64,000 bases of DNA from Squalus acanthias (lineage: Eukaryota): positions 73,160,001-73,224,000 of the forward strand of contig CM059430.1 in assembly GCA_030390025.1 (NCBI GenBank), written 5' to 3'. Of this stretch, positions 52,538-64,000 are shown piece by piece; the first letter of the stretch is position 1; each line of letters starts with the position of its first letter. The notes under the pieces are model-generated. The model did no database searches, was not told the origin of the DNA, and was given only the letters and a program-made list of their open reading frames with translations. The translations under genes and the position numbers were made by a program.

Positions 52538-53300
52538 GGCCCAGAAATTAAACATCGATGGTTCACGCGGGGGTAAGGATTCTCCGCGATATCGCACTCC
52601 ACGCCTACCTTTTTGTTTGGGGCCCACACGAACTTCAGTTTCAGAGCCTCTCCCTGTTGCAACCGTGCAGTGCTTGAGTGTGCTGGAGGTGCAATTAGTT
52701 CATGCGAGCTCTGGGATCACGTGATTCAGTTAGAGCCAATGGCAGCACACCATCTTTCATTCATAGTTTTGACAGCAAGGGCTGTCAAAGCTATGAATAC
52801 TACAAACACCCAAAAGAACAGCTAAACCTCAATCAAATTAAAAAAAAATACATCACATTAATAAAATAAGTATAGTTAAATAAATTAACCACTTAAAACA
52901 AAAAATTAAATTTTTGGAAAAATTTAAAATCTTTTTAAAAGTTATAAAAATAAACTTACCTTTCTTTAAAGTCTCTCAAAAAGATAAACCTGTTGAACAA
53001 AATATAAAATAACACTTAATTAACTACTTACCTTGTTAAAAGGCGGTCCTACGCCTGCTTTTTTTATGTGTAAAATCTTCACCACTTACCTGCGCGTTCA
53101 AACCTGAAAAAAAAGTAAGTGCACGGCATGCGCACAACCTATAGCGCGCACGCGGTTCACTTAGGAACCGCCCCCTTTGCAATTCACGAATTGCCGGTTT
53201 CCCGCGCATGCGCAGTGCATGCAGGGAACCGGCAGTTCGGGATCTAATACGCGAGAGTACAAAGTGCGTACCATTGCGTATTAGGTTTAATTTTCGGGCC
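52538..53300. mobile_element. Same MITE family, copy 2, inside a gene B cytoplasmic intron
   Basis: Identical TIRs and colinear high similarity to 2835-3585. Confidence 0.85.
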
Positions 53301-53623
53301 GATCTGGTAATAGAGAATTAATGGCATAAGGGTACTGCAGGGAGACATGTTTTATTGCTTATTATTTATTATATATTGAGTACAAACTTGCCATGTGGGG
53401 ATCATTAATAAATTAGCATTCAGAATAACTGTGCCTTGTGGCAGTGCGAACATGTTAAAATAGAAAAAATATATAAACTCAATTTAGAAGCAAAAAAATA
53501 AATCAATGAAAATTGCATTTTAGGAAATGGAACTCTGGCAAATTATTACGATTACATTTGAAATCTATAAACGATCTCATTCTGTTCAATGATATAATGA
53601 ATATTGAGCGAATAGATTTACAG

Positions 53624-53857
53624 GCTATCGAAGACACAACAAGTGAACAGCTCACTTACGCAACTTTGAATTTTACTGAACCCAAGAAGCAGTCAAACCC
53701 CAAGCAGATGAAAAAGAACAACGTGCACACAGAGGTACTAATAATTCCATGTGTACATGTAACGCTATTTAATATAAACAAATATATATCATATATATAT
53801 ATATATATATATATATGCAGCACTATGTCATATATATATATAGATATATATGTGTGA
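53624..53857 (+). CDS. Gene B ITIM exon (AIEDTTSEQLTYATLNFTEPKKQ...NVHTEV)
   Basis: tttacAG acceptor; LTYATL fits the ITIM consensus I/L/V/SxYxxL/V. Ends either at donor GAG|GTACTA (53734) or reads into (TA)n to TGA at 53857. Confidence 0.75.
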   Translation, partial: AIEDTTSEQLTYATLNFTEPKKQSNPKQMKKNNVHTEVLIIPCVHVTLFNINKYISYIYIYIYICSTMSYIYIDIYV

Positions 53858-56800
53858 CACTAAATTTTGTGTTTGTAAGTCAATATAATTTCCACTATGT
53901 ATATTTGGTGTATTAATTGCAGACACGTACACAGAAATATAGATTCATTGTTATCTCAGTTGTACCACCCTGCTACCCTCGTACAGAAGACCACATTCAA
54001 GCCCAACTTACTCGTGCTTGTTTTGTGCATTAGCGGCTGAAATTCGTCTAGGGCTGCGTCGCAGAACAGGCGTAACGCAGCAGCAGAAGGCAGTTTTCAA
54101 ATTCAGCGAATTTTCATTTCCCTTGCCAACGGAAATAAAAATTGTCGGAGTGAATAATAGGCTTCCGGTGCAGTATCGCCTGCTTTGCCTTATCGTCCAA
54201 GACGAATTCCGCCCCTTACCCTTCATAGATAGTGCAAAAAGTCAAATGCCTCAGCATTGTTTCTCCTATCTTACAGCAATGAATGCTCAGCGCCTCAGGG
54301 AGCTGATGACAACTCTAAAGCAACAACAGGTTTCTATATAATTCTTCCCCCATTTTCCTTTAATACTGTTATTTTCCCAGTCTATATTTCAGTCTGATTA
54401 CAACACCCTATATGTACCGCTCACCCACTACTTACTTCTGAATTCCCCCTCCCATCAACTTATCTAAAATTGATATAGATTGAGGAAACAACAGGATAGC
54501 GTTTTCACAGTGCGACTTACATTTTACCCATGGCTCTGCTTAATGTAAACTATAACATTATTAAAGTTAAGATTTGCATCACAAAACGGGCCTATCTTCT
54601 GAAAAGTCCGGTGGTTCTGCGAGCCAGCTGTAAGGATCTGTAAAAGCGACAGTTGGCAGTGTCGTCGCTAAAGGAACGTTAATCTGCCAACTCAATTTAA
54701 AGGCCATTGCAGCCTCATTAACGACGATTTCACTTAGTTACTATCTACCCCAAAGAAGGAAAACGACTCCAAACTTTTCAGGAACCCCAGTTCTAGTTGT
54801 CGAGCGCAGGTTCATCACACCTACAATTGTAATTATCTCATCTAATAAGAAACCACTGCGGCCCATGACCTCAACATTGTCGGTTTACCAACGCACATAT
54901 TGGGCTCAATGAGATAGATTTCGATAGTGATATTGCGATAGTGTAAAATGAGTGCTAGTGAATTGGAAACCCGTTTTACATCTATCCCGATTATTATTTC
55001 CATTGACCTTTGGTTGGCAATCACACGTCGCTCGTGTCCTTCCGTATGCAATTCTGGTATCGTTTGTTACATGTAGAAATCCGCTGAGTGGTGAAGGTAG
55101 AATATAACACTATATCTGAAAAATATTACAGGCCCTGCAAATGGAAGCTGAAGAAAGACAGACCTACTGTGCTGTAGATTTCTTCGGTCAGAAGAAAGGT
55201 CCCAAAACTAAACGGCACGAGGAGACGGTAGTGTACGGACAGGTTCGGCACAAGAACCAGAACAGGGTGCTCGGAACTCATGGACATGTAGTAAAATAAA
55301 AACGACACTAGAATCTTCCGCAGATCAAGTCACTGATCATCCAGATCTTTAGTCTCGGACGGTGGAGAACCATTAACATTTTCCATTCTGTGTGCTTCAC
55401 AGAAAATTACATTCGATGTAAAACGTATATGTAAATCGCCGCTCTGTTTGTAATCGTTGATGTAGCACGACCACACGCCACCCACTGCTACATAACCTGG
55501 AAATAATGGTTCTCAAGTTCTACTCTGGATTATTACCAAATGTTGTTCGTTTATATGAATGCATCACAAGATATTTGGAATAAACATAAGAAAACTGCTT
55601 CACTGTTAAGTATTTTCCGTGAGTACGTTGATAATCTTTATACTTGTTGTCATACGTTACCCTTTAATCTACAGCTTTGCGATAAGTATTCTTCTAGGTC
55701 CTGTTACTGAATTGCTCCAATAAAAATCAAGAAATTCAAAGACTTTCGTGAAACTAATGTGATTTTAATTGGAATAGAAAGCTGATCTATTGTATCCAGA
55801 CATTGGCATTCTCGTCAACAGTTATTGGAATTACCGATTCCATCTGCAGCTTCCTGTGCAGTTGGGATCTGGTTTTTGTTTACCCCGACTGTTCTATTGG
55901 CCTCTACCGTCAAGTGTAAGCATTCCATTACAGTCCGAGTTATGTTTTTTTAAATATCATTTATTACAATGCCCATTTTGTAACCTTGGTAGCACATCTT
56001 TTAATGTCCTGATGATTGTTGGAACCATACTTCCACATAATATATTTGGTTATTTCTGCCTGCATTATTCCACGCATAGCACAATCACAGCCCTACAGAG
56101 ATATTCGGCTATCCATTCTTATCAGAGATATTAAACATATCCATGTTATCTATGGTGGGAGTGCACTTCGTGTATTGACATTTCCACGGGAGAAGAATCA
56201 TAAGTATCGTACATGTTGTCCTTTAACTAATGGGCCTTATGTATCGCCAAGGAGGGGTAGCAGAGAGGAAAATCGGGCGTGAAACCTTGCCCCCTTTATG
56301 GAAGGTGCCTCATATGCATTTGGTTGGTGATGATAGAGGTCAGAAGGAATGGTTATCGGGAATGGGGCAGCAAGGGAGGCCTAAGGTTTCATTGCGGGAC
56401 ACTGAACAGCATTGCTGCTCCCCCTGTAACTCAAGAAAACATAATAAACACTTAAATTACTGGTCCTCTTCTGTTCGTCAAGGACGTCATCGGAGGCTCA
56501 TCTATATATTTAAAGAGGAGGCTTGGACTCGAGGCCGATAATACGATAATAGAAACAAGCAGAGAAGACTTTGACTCATAAAGCTCATGATTGTGGATTG
56601 TGTTAGATGCGGTTATAGCATAAAGTTGCAGGACCTTCCAGTTTTCAAATCAGAAATATATTAATCAGTTATTCAACAGCTGCACTGCAGTAGAACTGCA
56701 TTCCGTTAGAGAATTTCCAAGCGTAATATACACACTGCCAACTATTAGTAGTCGCTTTTTGAAGTAACAAAGGCGTGGATGAGGATTTCATCAGCAGTTG

Positions 56801-57404
56801 GGCTGAAATACTGTTGGATTAGGTTCACACCATCCTTAACAGTTGTGATATACCTTGTAATGTCGTCAGTAAAGCTCGATCTGAAGCATAGAACCCAAGC
56901 AGGCGTGAACCCAAAGAATAGAGTGGCTGGCGCTGGCTGTATGCCTGATTCATGAAAAATTAAGCTAGCACCAACTTCACGTGTTCCCCGTGATGTGCAA
57001 CGCTAGCCCTGCTCCTTGCGCGTTTTTTGTTGGACGCGTTCGAATGCCCAGGCCTTAGCCTATCTAGTCTTTGACCTTCCATCTGCCAGATTCCTCTTCA
57101 ACGCTCGATTTAAAAAAACATTCTGCCCACTTCTGTTTTGATGCGCTTGTCTCCAATAAATCCTGCACTGCCTTGCATCTCGATCGTTCCCCTTGGTATT
57201 CCTACTGTGTACACTCATGGAAAGAGAATCAGACTTGAACGTACCTGGCACACAACTGACAAAGTCATCCATCACCAGGTCTGCAATGGAGACTTTAACC
57301 TCCATCAGCCCCCACAGTATTCTGCCAAATCAATAAACTACGAACATTCCAAAGGGCAAAGATGGTACTCAGCATTATTTTGCTTTTAACTACCAACCAT
57401 TAAA

Positions 57405-57645
57405 TTCAGTGCTAGCAGAGTCGATACAGAAGCAGAAGGTTGTGGTTTCAAATCTCACTCCTGAGACTTGAACATTAATCTAGGCTGGCACTTCAATGCA
57501 GTAATGAATAAGTGCTCCATTGATGGAATTGCAACCTTGTGAATCAAACATTAAGCCAAAGGCCCTTGGGCCCTCTCAGGTGGGCGGAAAAAAGCCATTA
57601 CAATATTCGAAACATAGAGGATGGCTACTCTACAAGAGTGCTGAC
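57405..57645 (+). mobile_element. Degenerate Deu-type SINE
   Basis: gaaggttgtggtttcaaatctcactcc...ctaggctg, similar to 19580-19640. Confidence 0.6.
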
Positions 57646-57649
57646 AGCT

Positions 57650-59100
57650 AACGGCACAACTGATCGATATTGCTCTTGCTCTCTCCTCCTCCTGCGACTC
57701 GAAGGCCTACTTCTCTGCAGCTTTTCCCACGTTCCAGATTGGAGTCAAGACCCATGCCTGAAATGTATAGTCCTTTTCGCTTATTAGCCAGCCTGTGGCC
57801 TAACGGCCTGTTTGGAAAAATAATTTGCGCAGAAGACTGACGCAAAATAAATAGATCATGACCCCTGCTTCGAAATCGGCCATTGGCGTGCCCGATGCGT
57901 TGTCTCTGGTCGCAAATAAGCTGGATATCGAGGGAATTGAATCTCTTTCTATTCACAAACATCCAAGAATGTTGATGTGGGGCACGCCAGGCAACTCCTC
58001 AGAATATGAAGCCGTCCGTGCCTGCATGCAGCAAGACGTGGTCAACATTTAGGCTTGGGCTGATAAGTAGCAAGTAACATTCGCACGACACAAGTGCCAA
58101 GCAATTGCCATCTCCAACAAGAGAGAGTTTAACCACTGCCCGTTGACATTCAACTGTGTTAGCATCGCTGAATCCCCCAGCATCAACATCCTGGTGATCA
58201 ACGTTGAGCAGTAACATAACTGGACCATCCATATAAATACTGTGGCAGCAAAGTCAGGTCAGATTCTGGGTATTCTGCAGCGAGTGACTCACCTGCTGAC
58301 TCCCCAAAGTCTTCCCACCATCTACAAGGCACAAGTCAGGAGGGTGATGGAATACTTGCCACTTGCCTGGATGAATACAGCTCCAAAAATACTCAAGGAG
58401 ATCAACACAATCCAGAACAAAGCAACCTGCTTAATTAGCACCCCGACCACCATCTCAAACATTCACTCCCTCCAACAAATGTGCACCGTGGCTGCAGCGT
58501 TTACAATCTTCAAGATGCAACGCAGCAACTCGGCAAGGTTTCTTCGTCGGCCGACCAAACCCGCAAACTCTGCCGCCTAGAAGGACAAGGGCAGCAGGCG
58601 CATGGATCCACCATCACCTCCAATTTCTCCTCCAAGTCACACTCCATCCTGACTTGAACATATATCTCCCTTTCTTCATCGTGGCTGCGTAAAAATCCTG
58701 GAACTCCCTCCCTAACAGCCCCATGGGAGTACCTTCTCCACACGGACTGCAGAGGTTCAAGAAGGCGGATCACTTCCACTATCTAAAGTGCAATTAGAGA
58801 TTGGGAATAAATGCTGCCCATGCCAGAGGCTCCCACTTCCCATGAACGAATAATAACTTCTCAATTCCTGCAGTCTGGAAAGTGACTGTTGCATAAAAAT
58901 GAATAGCTATGATGTCCTTGACAGTGAGAGGTAATGCTGTCCATGCCCTTGATCGAGGCTCAAGTTCAGGTTGCCAAAGTTAACGTAGCTCGGTGATAGC
59001 CTCCTTTCCGAACACAAAGCGTTTGAGATTATGCTCCTCAGTGAAGTTCAGATAGGAGAAGTGCTTCATGAAAGCACCGCCGTGTATATAGCCTCCTCTG
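57650..59100 (-). mobile_element. PIF/Harbinger (HARBI1-like DDE) transposase fossil split by a LINE
   Basis: N-part 58860-59100 (HFSYLNFTEE..F..EAITEL..LEPRSRAWTALPLTVK..HFYAT..FQ). C-part 57650-57995 (FVNRKRFNSLDIQLICD..RFRSRGHDLFILRQS). Confidence 0.8.
57996..58855 (+). mobile_element. Family B LINE 3' part
   Basis: THLLTPQSLPTIYKAQVRRVMEYLPLAWM; tail catgaacgaataa. Confidence 0.88.
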
Positions 59101-60409
59101 CAGTTGCGTGCTATCCCTTCTACTCCCAACTGCTCCTGCTCTCTCCTGTCTTCTTGGCTGCTACCGACTACTCCAGTTCTGAAGGCAGTCCTACAAGAGC
59201 ACCCATGGCTGCAGTAAACTGTAATGAGGTCAGAAATCAGTTATGAAAATCAGAAAGCCGGCCAAAAATACCTCGATTGATAGCAGTATAACAGAAACAA
59301 AAACAGCAACTAGCTTGTATGTTGTGGATAAGCCCTTTAAATTGCATTACTGAAAGGTTATTTCCTGTTTGTTAGCGCCACGGCTTACTTACCGAGATCA
59401 TCACGTGGCGATTCAAGGGTGGGGCAGCCCAGTTTCAAAAATAGGGTGTACAGCAAGAGTAGGATCTTTACTTAAAGACTTTAATCAGTGTTTTAAAACT
59501 TGCGGCTTACGCCATGGACTCTTACGCAAAAGTTCGATGTAATACAGCGTGTGAGTGCACGCGCCGCCAGCCATTTTGAATGTTTATTCCAGGAAGTCTA
59601 AAACTGCGGTAATAGCCAATCCCCGTGGTGGACGCAGAAGGAAGTGCGGTTGGAAGGAGATTTCGGCATGAAGAGGATTGGGCGAAGGTGGCTAGATACA
59701 TTAAGGTTTCTAACAAAACTATGAATTTCATGTCAACCGAATCTGCAATGCATTCCAGGAAATTTAAAAGCGAAAGTGAACGTTGATGGATCTAACCGCC
59801 GAGATTGAGGGAGGGGAACACGGAACGGCAAAGTTGTGGGGAACAAAATGAACTGTGAGTGCTGGATCCTGTAATAGACTCTGCTAAACATATTGCCCAC
59901 GTTCACTGCTGGAAAAAGCAGAGTGCAGCAGTAAAAGGTCAAATCTTTTGCTCCTGCCTTTATACACAAACTTATGATGTTCGATATTTTACCTGCTTAC
60001 TAAATTTCCATCAAAAATTCTAGTTATTTAATTAGGAATCTCAATCCATCAGTAGTCTGGTGTTCAAATAATATCATCTTGTAGAGCGGTTCAATGAGAT
60101 CAAAAAACACAAGAGGCAAACTCAACCCAAGATTTCATGACTCCTAGCAAGTACCAGGTAACTACAGAGAGAGATGACCAGAGAGGAGCAACCTGCCTTT
60201 GTTGGAATGTGCGTGGGGATCATGAACGAAAGAATATCTCACACAATACCCGAAATTACATCACACAACAGCGCTCTGCGGAATAGGCACGTTCCAATTC
60301 ATTGTTACAAATAAAGAAAATTCTGAAAGGAAGAGAAACGGACCAGAAAGCAAACACACCTGTTAATTCTGAGATTAAGTTTGACGCAGACCTTTGGACG
60401 AAGCCGGAG

Positions 60410-60860
60410 GTGATCTTTCATTATTTACACACCTTGGTGCTCTTACCAGGTTTGTTACCAAATTAACGTATGCTATGTAGGTGCTGGAAGAGGATTTGCC
60501 GAATTCGGAGTGAAAAAGTCGACACAGAGTTACCCAACCCCTGACCTGCCCTAGTAGTAATGGCATTGACGTGGCTGGTATAGTTGAGTTTCTGATCAAT
60601 GGTGGCAGCAGGATGTTAATGGTCGGTGAAGGTAATGTCACTGAATTTGAATGCGGGTTGGTCACGCTCTCTCCTCGTGGAGGTGATCATTGCTTTACAC
60701 TTGTGTGGAGCGAATTTAACTTGCCACGTATCCAACGCATGGATTTGGTCCAATCCTTGCTACATGGTGGCAAGGCCTGCTTCATCATCTGAGGATTCGC
60801 GAATGGAACTGGACACTACAATCATCTGGGAACAGCTACTTCGAACATTATGATGGAGGG
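60410..60860 (-). mobile_element. Highly decayed family B LINE fragment
   Basis: Similarity to the 8550-9000 and 10850-11270 regions. Confidence 0.55.
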
Positions 60861-62048
60861 AAAGTATCTGGGGCCGTTTTCTCTGTGGCTTCCAGTGGTC
60901 CACTGATTATGCTTAAGAGCTGCTTGCAATGGCAACAACAATCACAGATTTCTATAAAGTATGGACAAACTGCAGCTCCGGATCTATGCCCGGGTGATGC
61001 ATTGAAAATCTAACATTTACATTATTTTGACTCGAGAAAAGGGATCAATTATTGGAAGGATTGAGTTGGGACAAACAAGACGAAAACTATAAAATATTTC
61101 AGGAAGAACCGAACAGTTTATCAGATAAGGCAGGTATGCGGAAAATACAAAATGATGAATAGAAGTGCGAGGCAATATATTTCCGAGGAAAAGTAAGGAA
61201 TGCGGATATGGACTGCGTGCAAGTATAATGAAGCATGTAGATGAATATAGAGGTGAAGGAAATCAGACAATAAAGGGTTAAATTGATCGACGCAAGTAGC
61301 CGGATAAACGAGCACCTGTCGAATTGACAGCTCGTTTTATATCGCGCCAGATTTTGGTTTCCATTAAAGTCAAAAAGACCAAGTAGCGAACACTGAGCCT
61401 GGAATGTGGAATTATCAGCTGAAGCATTGAGCCTTTGCAGATCCTTCATCGGCCTATTATGCAGCCTTATCTTATGCGCTGCTCTTTTCTGAAAAAAAGG
61501 AAAATAAAATCTCTTTTCAGTCTGCGGGATTCATTCATAGCCATGTAAATAATTATCCTGCACCTCAACTTGTATATAAGTCAATGGGCATGCAACGTGC
61601 GATTAGCCGTTGATGGAAGCTGCATTAATGGTCATTGTTCTTGTTAAATAATCTAACCACTTAGAGCAAGTGGAGATACATATTTGTGCTTCAGGTGCTC
61701 CATGTCAAAACCAACCCTCATTTGCTACAAATCTTACCGAAGAAGCTGCGAGGCTGATTGCGACAGTTTGATTGTCCTTGATCTTGGCATCAGACTACTT
61801 CCGTCTGAAGTCCATCCAAGTTCTGCTTTCGACAAATTTCGGACACTATATACAAAATGGAATCCCAATACTGTAGTAGCCCATTTAGCAGTGCCAACAA
61901 CACCTCCGCAACTGCTGCGATACAGCGCATTCGACTCCAGATGCCAGCTTCCTGCACGTCCATGCAATGTACCTGCAGTGTTAGTACATACGAAAATGGT
62001 AACAGGTGTAGGTCATTCAGCTCTTCGAGCCTGTTACCCCATTCAATT

Positions 62049-64000
62049 ATGATGTGGAGATGCCGGCGTTGGACTGGGGTGGACAAAAATGAGAAGTCGC
62101 ACAACACCAGGTTATAGTCCAACAGATTTATTTAATTTTACAAGCTTTCGAAGCAGTTCGCTCCTTCGACAGGTAAGTTAGCAATGAGAGAATCTCCCAG
62201 AATTCACAATTTAAACCCAGACAAAATCTATTCACATTATTCCCTGCAACAAAGAGCACAGTCAAGACAATGAGATGTGTCCCAGGGGGTCCAACGTGTC
62301 AAACCACCTGCTGGCTGCATATCCTGTCAATTTGTGTTCTTGTGTTAGCCTTTTTAAAAAAAAAACACCTGGGAAGACCGGCCATGATGTCAAGTCACGT
62401 TCTGTATCGTGACATGAACCCGATATCGCGATTGAGGCCATCCTCATGAGTGCGGAACTTGGCTATCAGTTTCTGCTCTATGATTTTGCGCTGTCGTGTA
62501 TCTCGAAGGCCGCCTTGGAGAACGCTTACCCGCAGATCCGAGGCTGAATGCCCCTGGCTGCTGAAGTGTTCCCCGACTGGGAGGCAACCCTCCTGCCTGG
62601 CGATTGTTGCGCGGTGTCCGTTCATACGTTGTCTCAGTGTCTGCATGATCTCGCCGATGTACCATGCTCTGGAGCATCCTTTACTGCAACGTATCAGGTA
62701 GACAACGTTGGCCGAGTCACATGAGTATGTACCGTGTACCTGGTGGGTAGTGTCCTCACGTGTAATGATGGTATCTGTGTCCATGATTTGGCATGTCTTG
62801 CAGAGGTTGCCGTGGCAGGGTTGTGTGGTGTTTTGTTTGCTGTTCTCCTGAAAGATGGGTAATCTGCTGTGAACGATGGTACTTTTGAGGTTAGGCGGCT
62901 GCTTGAAGGCGAGTAGTGGAGGCGTGGGGATGGCCTTAGCAAGGTGTTCGTCGTCATCGATGACATGTTGAAGGCTGCGAAGAACATGGCGTAGTTTTTC
63001 CGTACCGGGGAAGTACTGGACGACGTAGGGTACTCTGTTGGTTGTGTCCCGTGTTCGTCTTCTGAGGAGGTCTATGCGGTTTTTTGCTGTGGCCCGTCGG
63101 AACTGTCGATCGACGAGTCGAGCGTCATATCCCGTTCTTACGAGAGCGTCTTTCAGTGTCCGTAGGTGTCCATCGCGTTCCTCCTCGTCTGAGCAGATCC
63201 TGTGTATTCGCAGGGCTTGTCCATAGGGGATGGCTTCTTTAACGTGGTTAGGGTGGAAGCTGGAGAAGTGGAGCATCGTGAGGTTGTCCGTGGGCTTGCG
63301 GTAGAGTGAAGTGCTGAGGCGTCCGTCTTTGATGGAGATTCGTGTGTCCAAGAATGAAACCGATTCTGAGGAGTAGTCCATGGTGAGTTTGATGGTGGGA
63401 TGGAACCTGTTGATGCTATCGTGCAGTCCTTTCAGTGATCCTTCGCCGTGGGTCCAAAGGAAGAAGATGTCGTCGATGTATCTGGTGTACAGCGTTGGTT
63501 GGAGGTCCTGTGAAGCGAAGAAGTCTTGCTCGAACTTGTGCATGAAGATCTTGGCGTATTGGGGTGCGAATTTGGTCCCCATGGCTGTTCCGTGTGTTTG
63601 GGTGAAAAAATGGTTGTCGAAGGTGAAGACATTGTGGTCAAGGATGAAGCGGATGAGTTGTAAGATGGCGTCCGGAGATTGGCTGTTGTTGGTGTTGAGT
63701 ACTGAGGCTGTCGCAGCGATGCCGTCATTGTGGGGGATATTGGTGTAGAGTGCCGATACGTCCATTGTGACGAGGAGTGTTCCTGGTTCAACTGGTCCAT
63801 GGGTGCTGAGTTTCTGCAAGAAGTCTGTAGTGTTCATGTCACGATACAGAACGTGACTTGACATCATGGCCGGTCTTCCCATGTGTTTTTTTTTTTAAAA
63901 GGCTAACACAAGAACACAAATTGACAGGATATGCAGCCAGCAGGTGGTTTGACACGTTGGTCCCCCCTGGGACACATCTCATTGTCTTGACTGTGCTCTT
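62049..64000 (-). mobile_element. Penelope-like retroelement, 5'-truncated, with an inverted copy of its 3' end
   Basis: RT + GIY-YIG ORF; 62252-62419 is inverted at 63832-64000. Confidence 0.93.
62395..63882 (-). CDS. Penelope RT-GIY-YIG endonuclease, 495-aa open frame (N-truncated)
   Basis: MDVSALYTNIP, GTAMG, RYIDDIF, FLD, VVYLIRC..WYIGE and RQRMNGH motifs. Confidence 0.92.
   Translation of the reverse strand: MGRPAMMSSHVLYRDMNTTDFLQKLSTHGPVEPGTLLVTMDVSALYTNIPHNDGIAATASVLNTNNSQSPDAILQLIRFILDHNVFTFDNHFFTQTHGTAMGTKFAPQYAKIFMHKFEQDFFASQDLQPTLYTRYIDDIFFLWTHGEGSLKGLHDSINRFHPTIKLTMDYSSESVSFLDTRISIKDGRLSTSLYRKPTDNLTMLHFSSFHPNHVKEAIPYGQALRIHRICSDEEERDGHLRTLKDALVRTGYDARLVDRQFRRATAKNRIDLLRRRTRDTTNRVPYVVQYFPGTEKLRHVLRSLQHVIDDDEHLAKAIPTPPLLAFKQPPNLKSTIVHSRLPIFQENSKQNTTQPCHGNLCKTCQIMDTDTIITREDTTHQVHGTYSCDSANVVYLIRCSKGCSRAWYIGEIMQTLRQRMNGHRATIARQEGCLPVGEHFSSQGHSASDLRVSVLQGGLRDTRQRKIIEQKLIAKFRTHEDGLNRDIGFMSRYRT

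Larger units (their letters stand above)
44154..53857 (+). pseudogene. Gene B: paralogous VJ-C1-TM(Arg)-ITIM receptor with two in-frame stops. Exons 44154-44220, 44435-44755, 46488-46793, 50161-50274, 52433-52476, 53624-53734/53857
   Basis: Same exon architecture as gene A with phase-compatible splice sites. TAA at 44160-44162 (leader codon 3) and 46535-46537 (C1 exon). Confidence 0.8.

Overview
Repeat-rich vertebrate genomic DNA, most likely a cartilaginous fish (inferred from HER1-like CR1 LINEs, SacSINE1-like Deu-domain SINEs and shark-type Penelope ends). Most of the window is decayed, often nested transposable elements: CR1, a second APE-RT LINE family, L2, SINEs, PIF/Harbinger MITEs with a split Harbinger transposase fossil, and a young Penelope element with an inverted terminal repeat and a hammerhead-like motif. 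The host content is two tandem + strand immunoglobulin-superfamily genes reconstructed by hand from splice sites: leader - germline-joined VJ-type V domain - C1-set domain - Arg-containing TM - cytoplasmic tail. Gene A (25568 to 32092 or 39291) looks intact and activating (NxxR TM, short tail). Gene B (44154 to about 53734/53857) has a TM Arg plus an ITIM and a V domain lacking both canonical cysteines but carrying two novel ones; it has two in-frame TAA stops (probable pseudogene or null allele). The pair looks like a non-rearranging, antigen-receptor-like paired receptor family (NKp30/SIRP/VJC1/PRARP-like). There are two N-gaps (21725-21904, 26843-26993). Repeat boundaries are approximate; no database searches were run.
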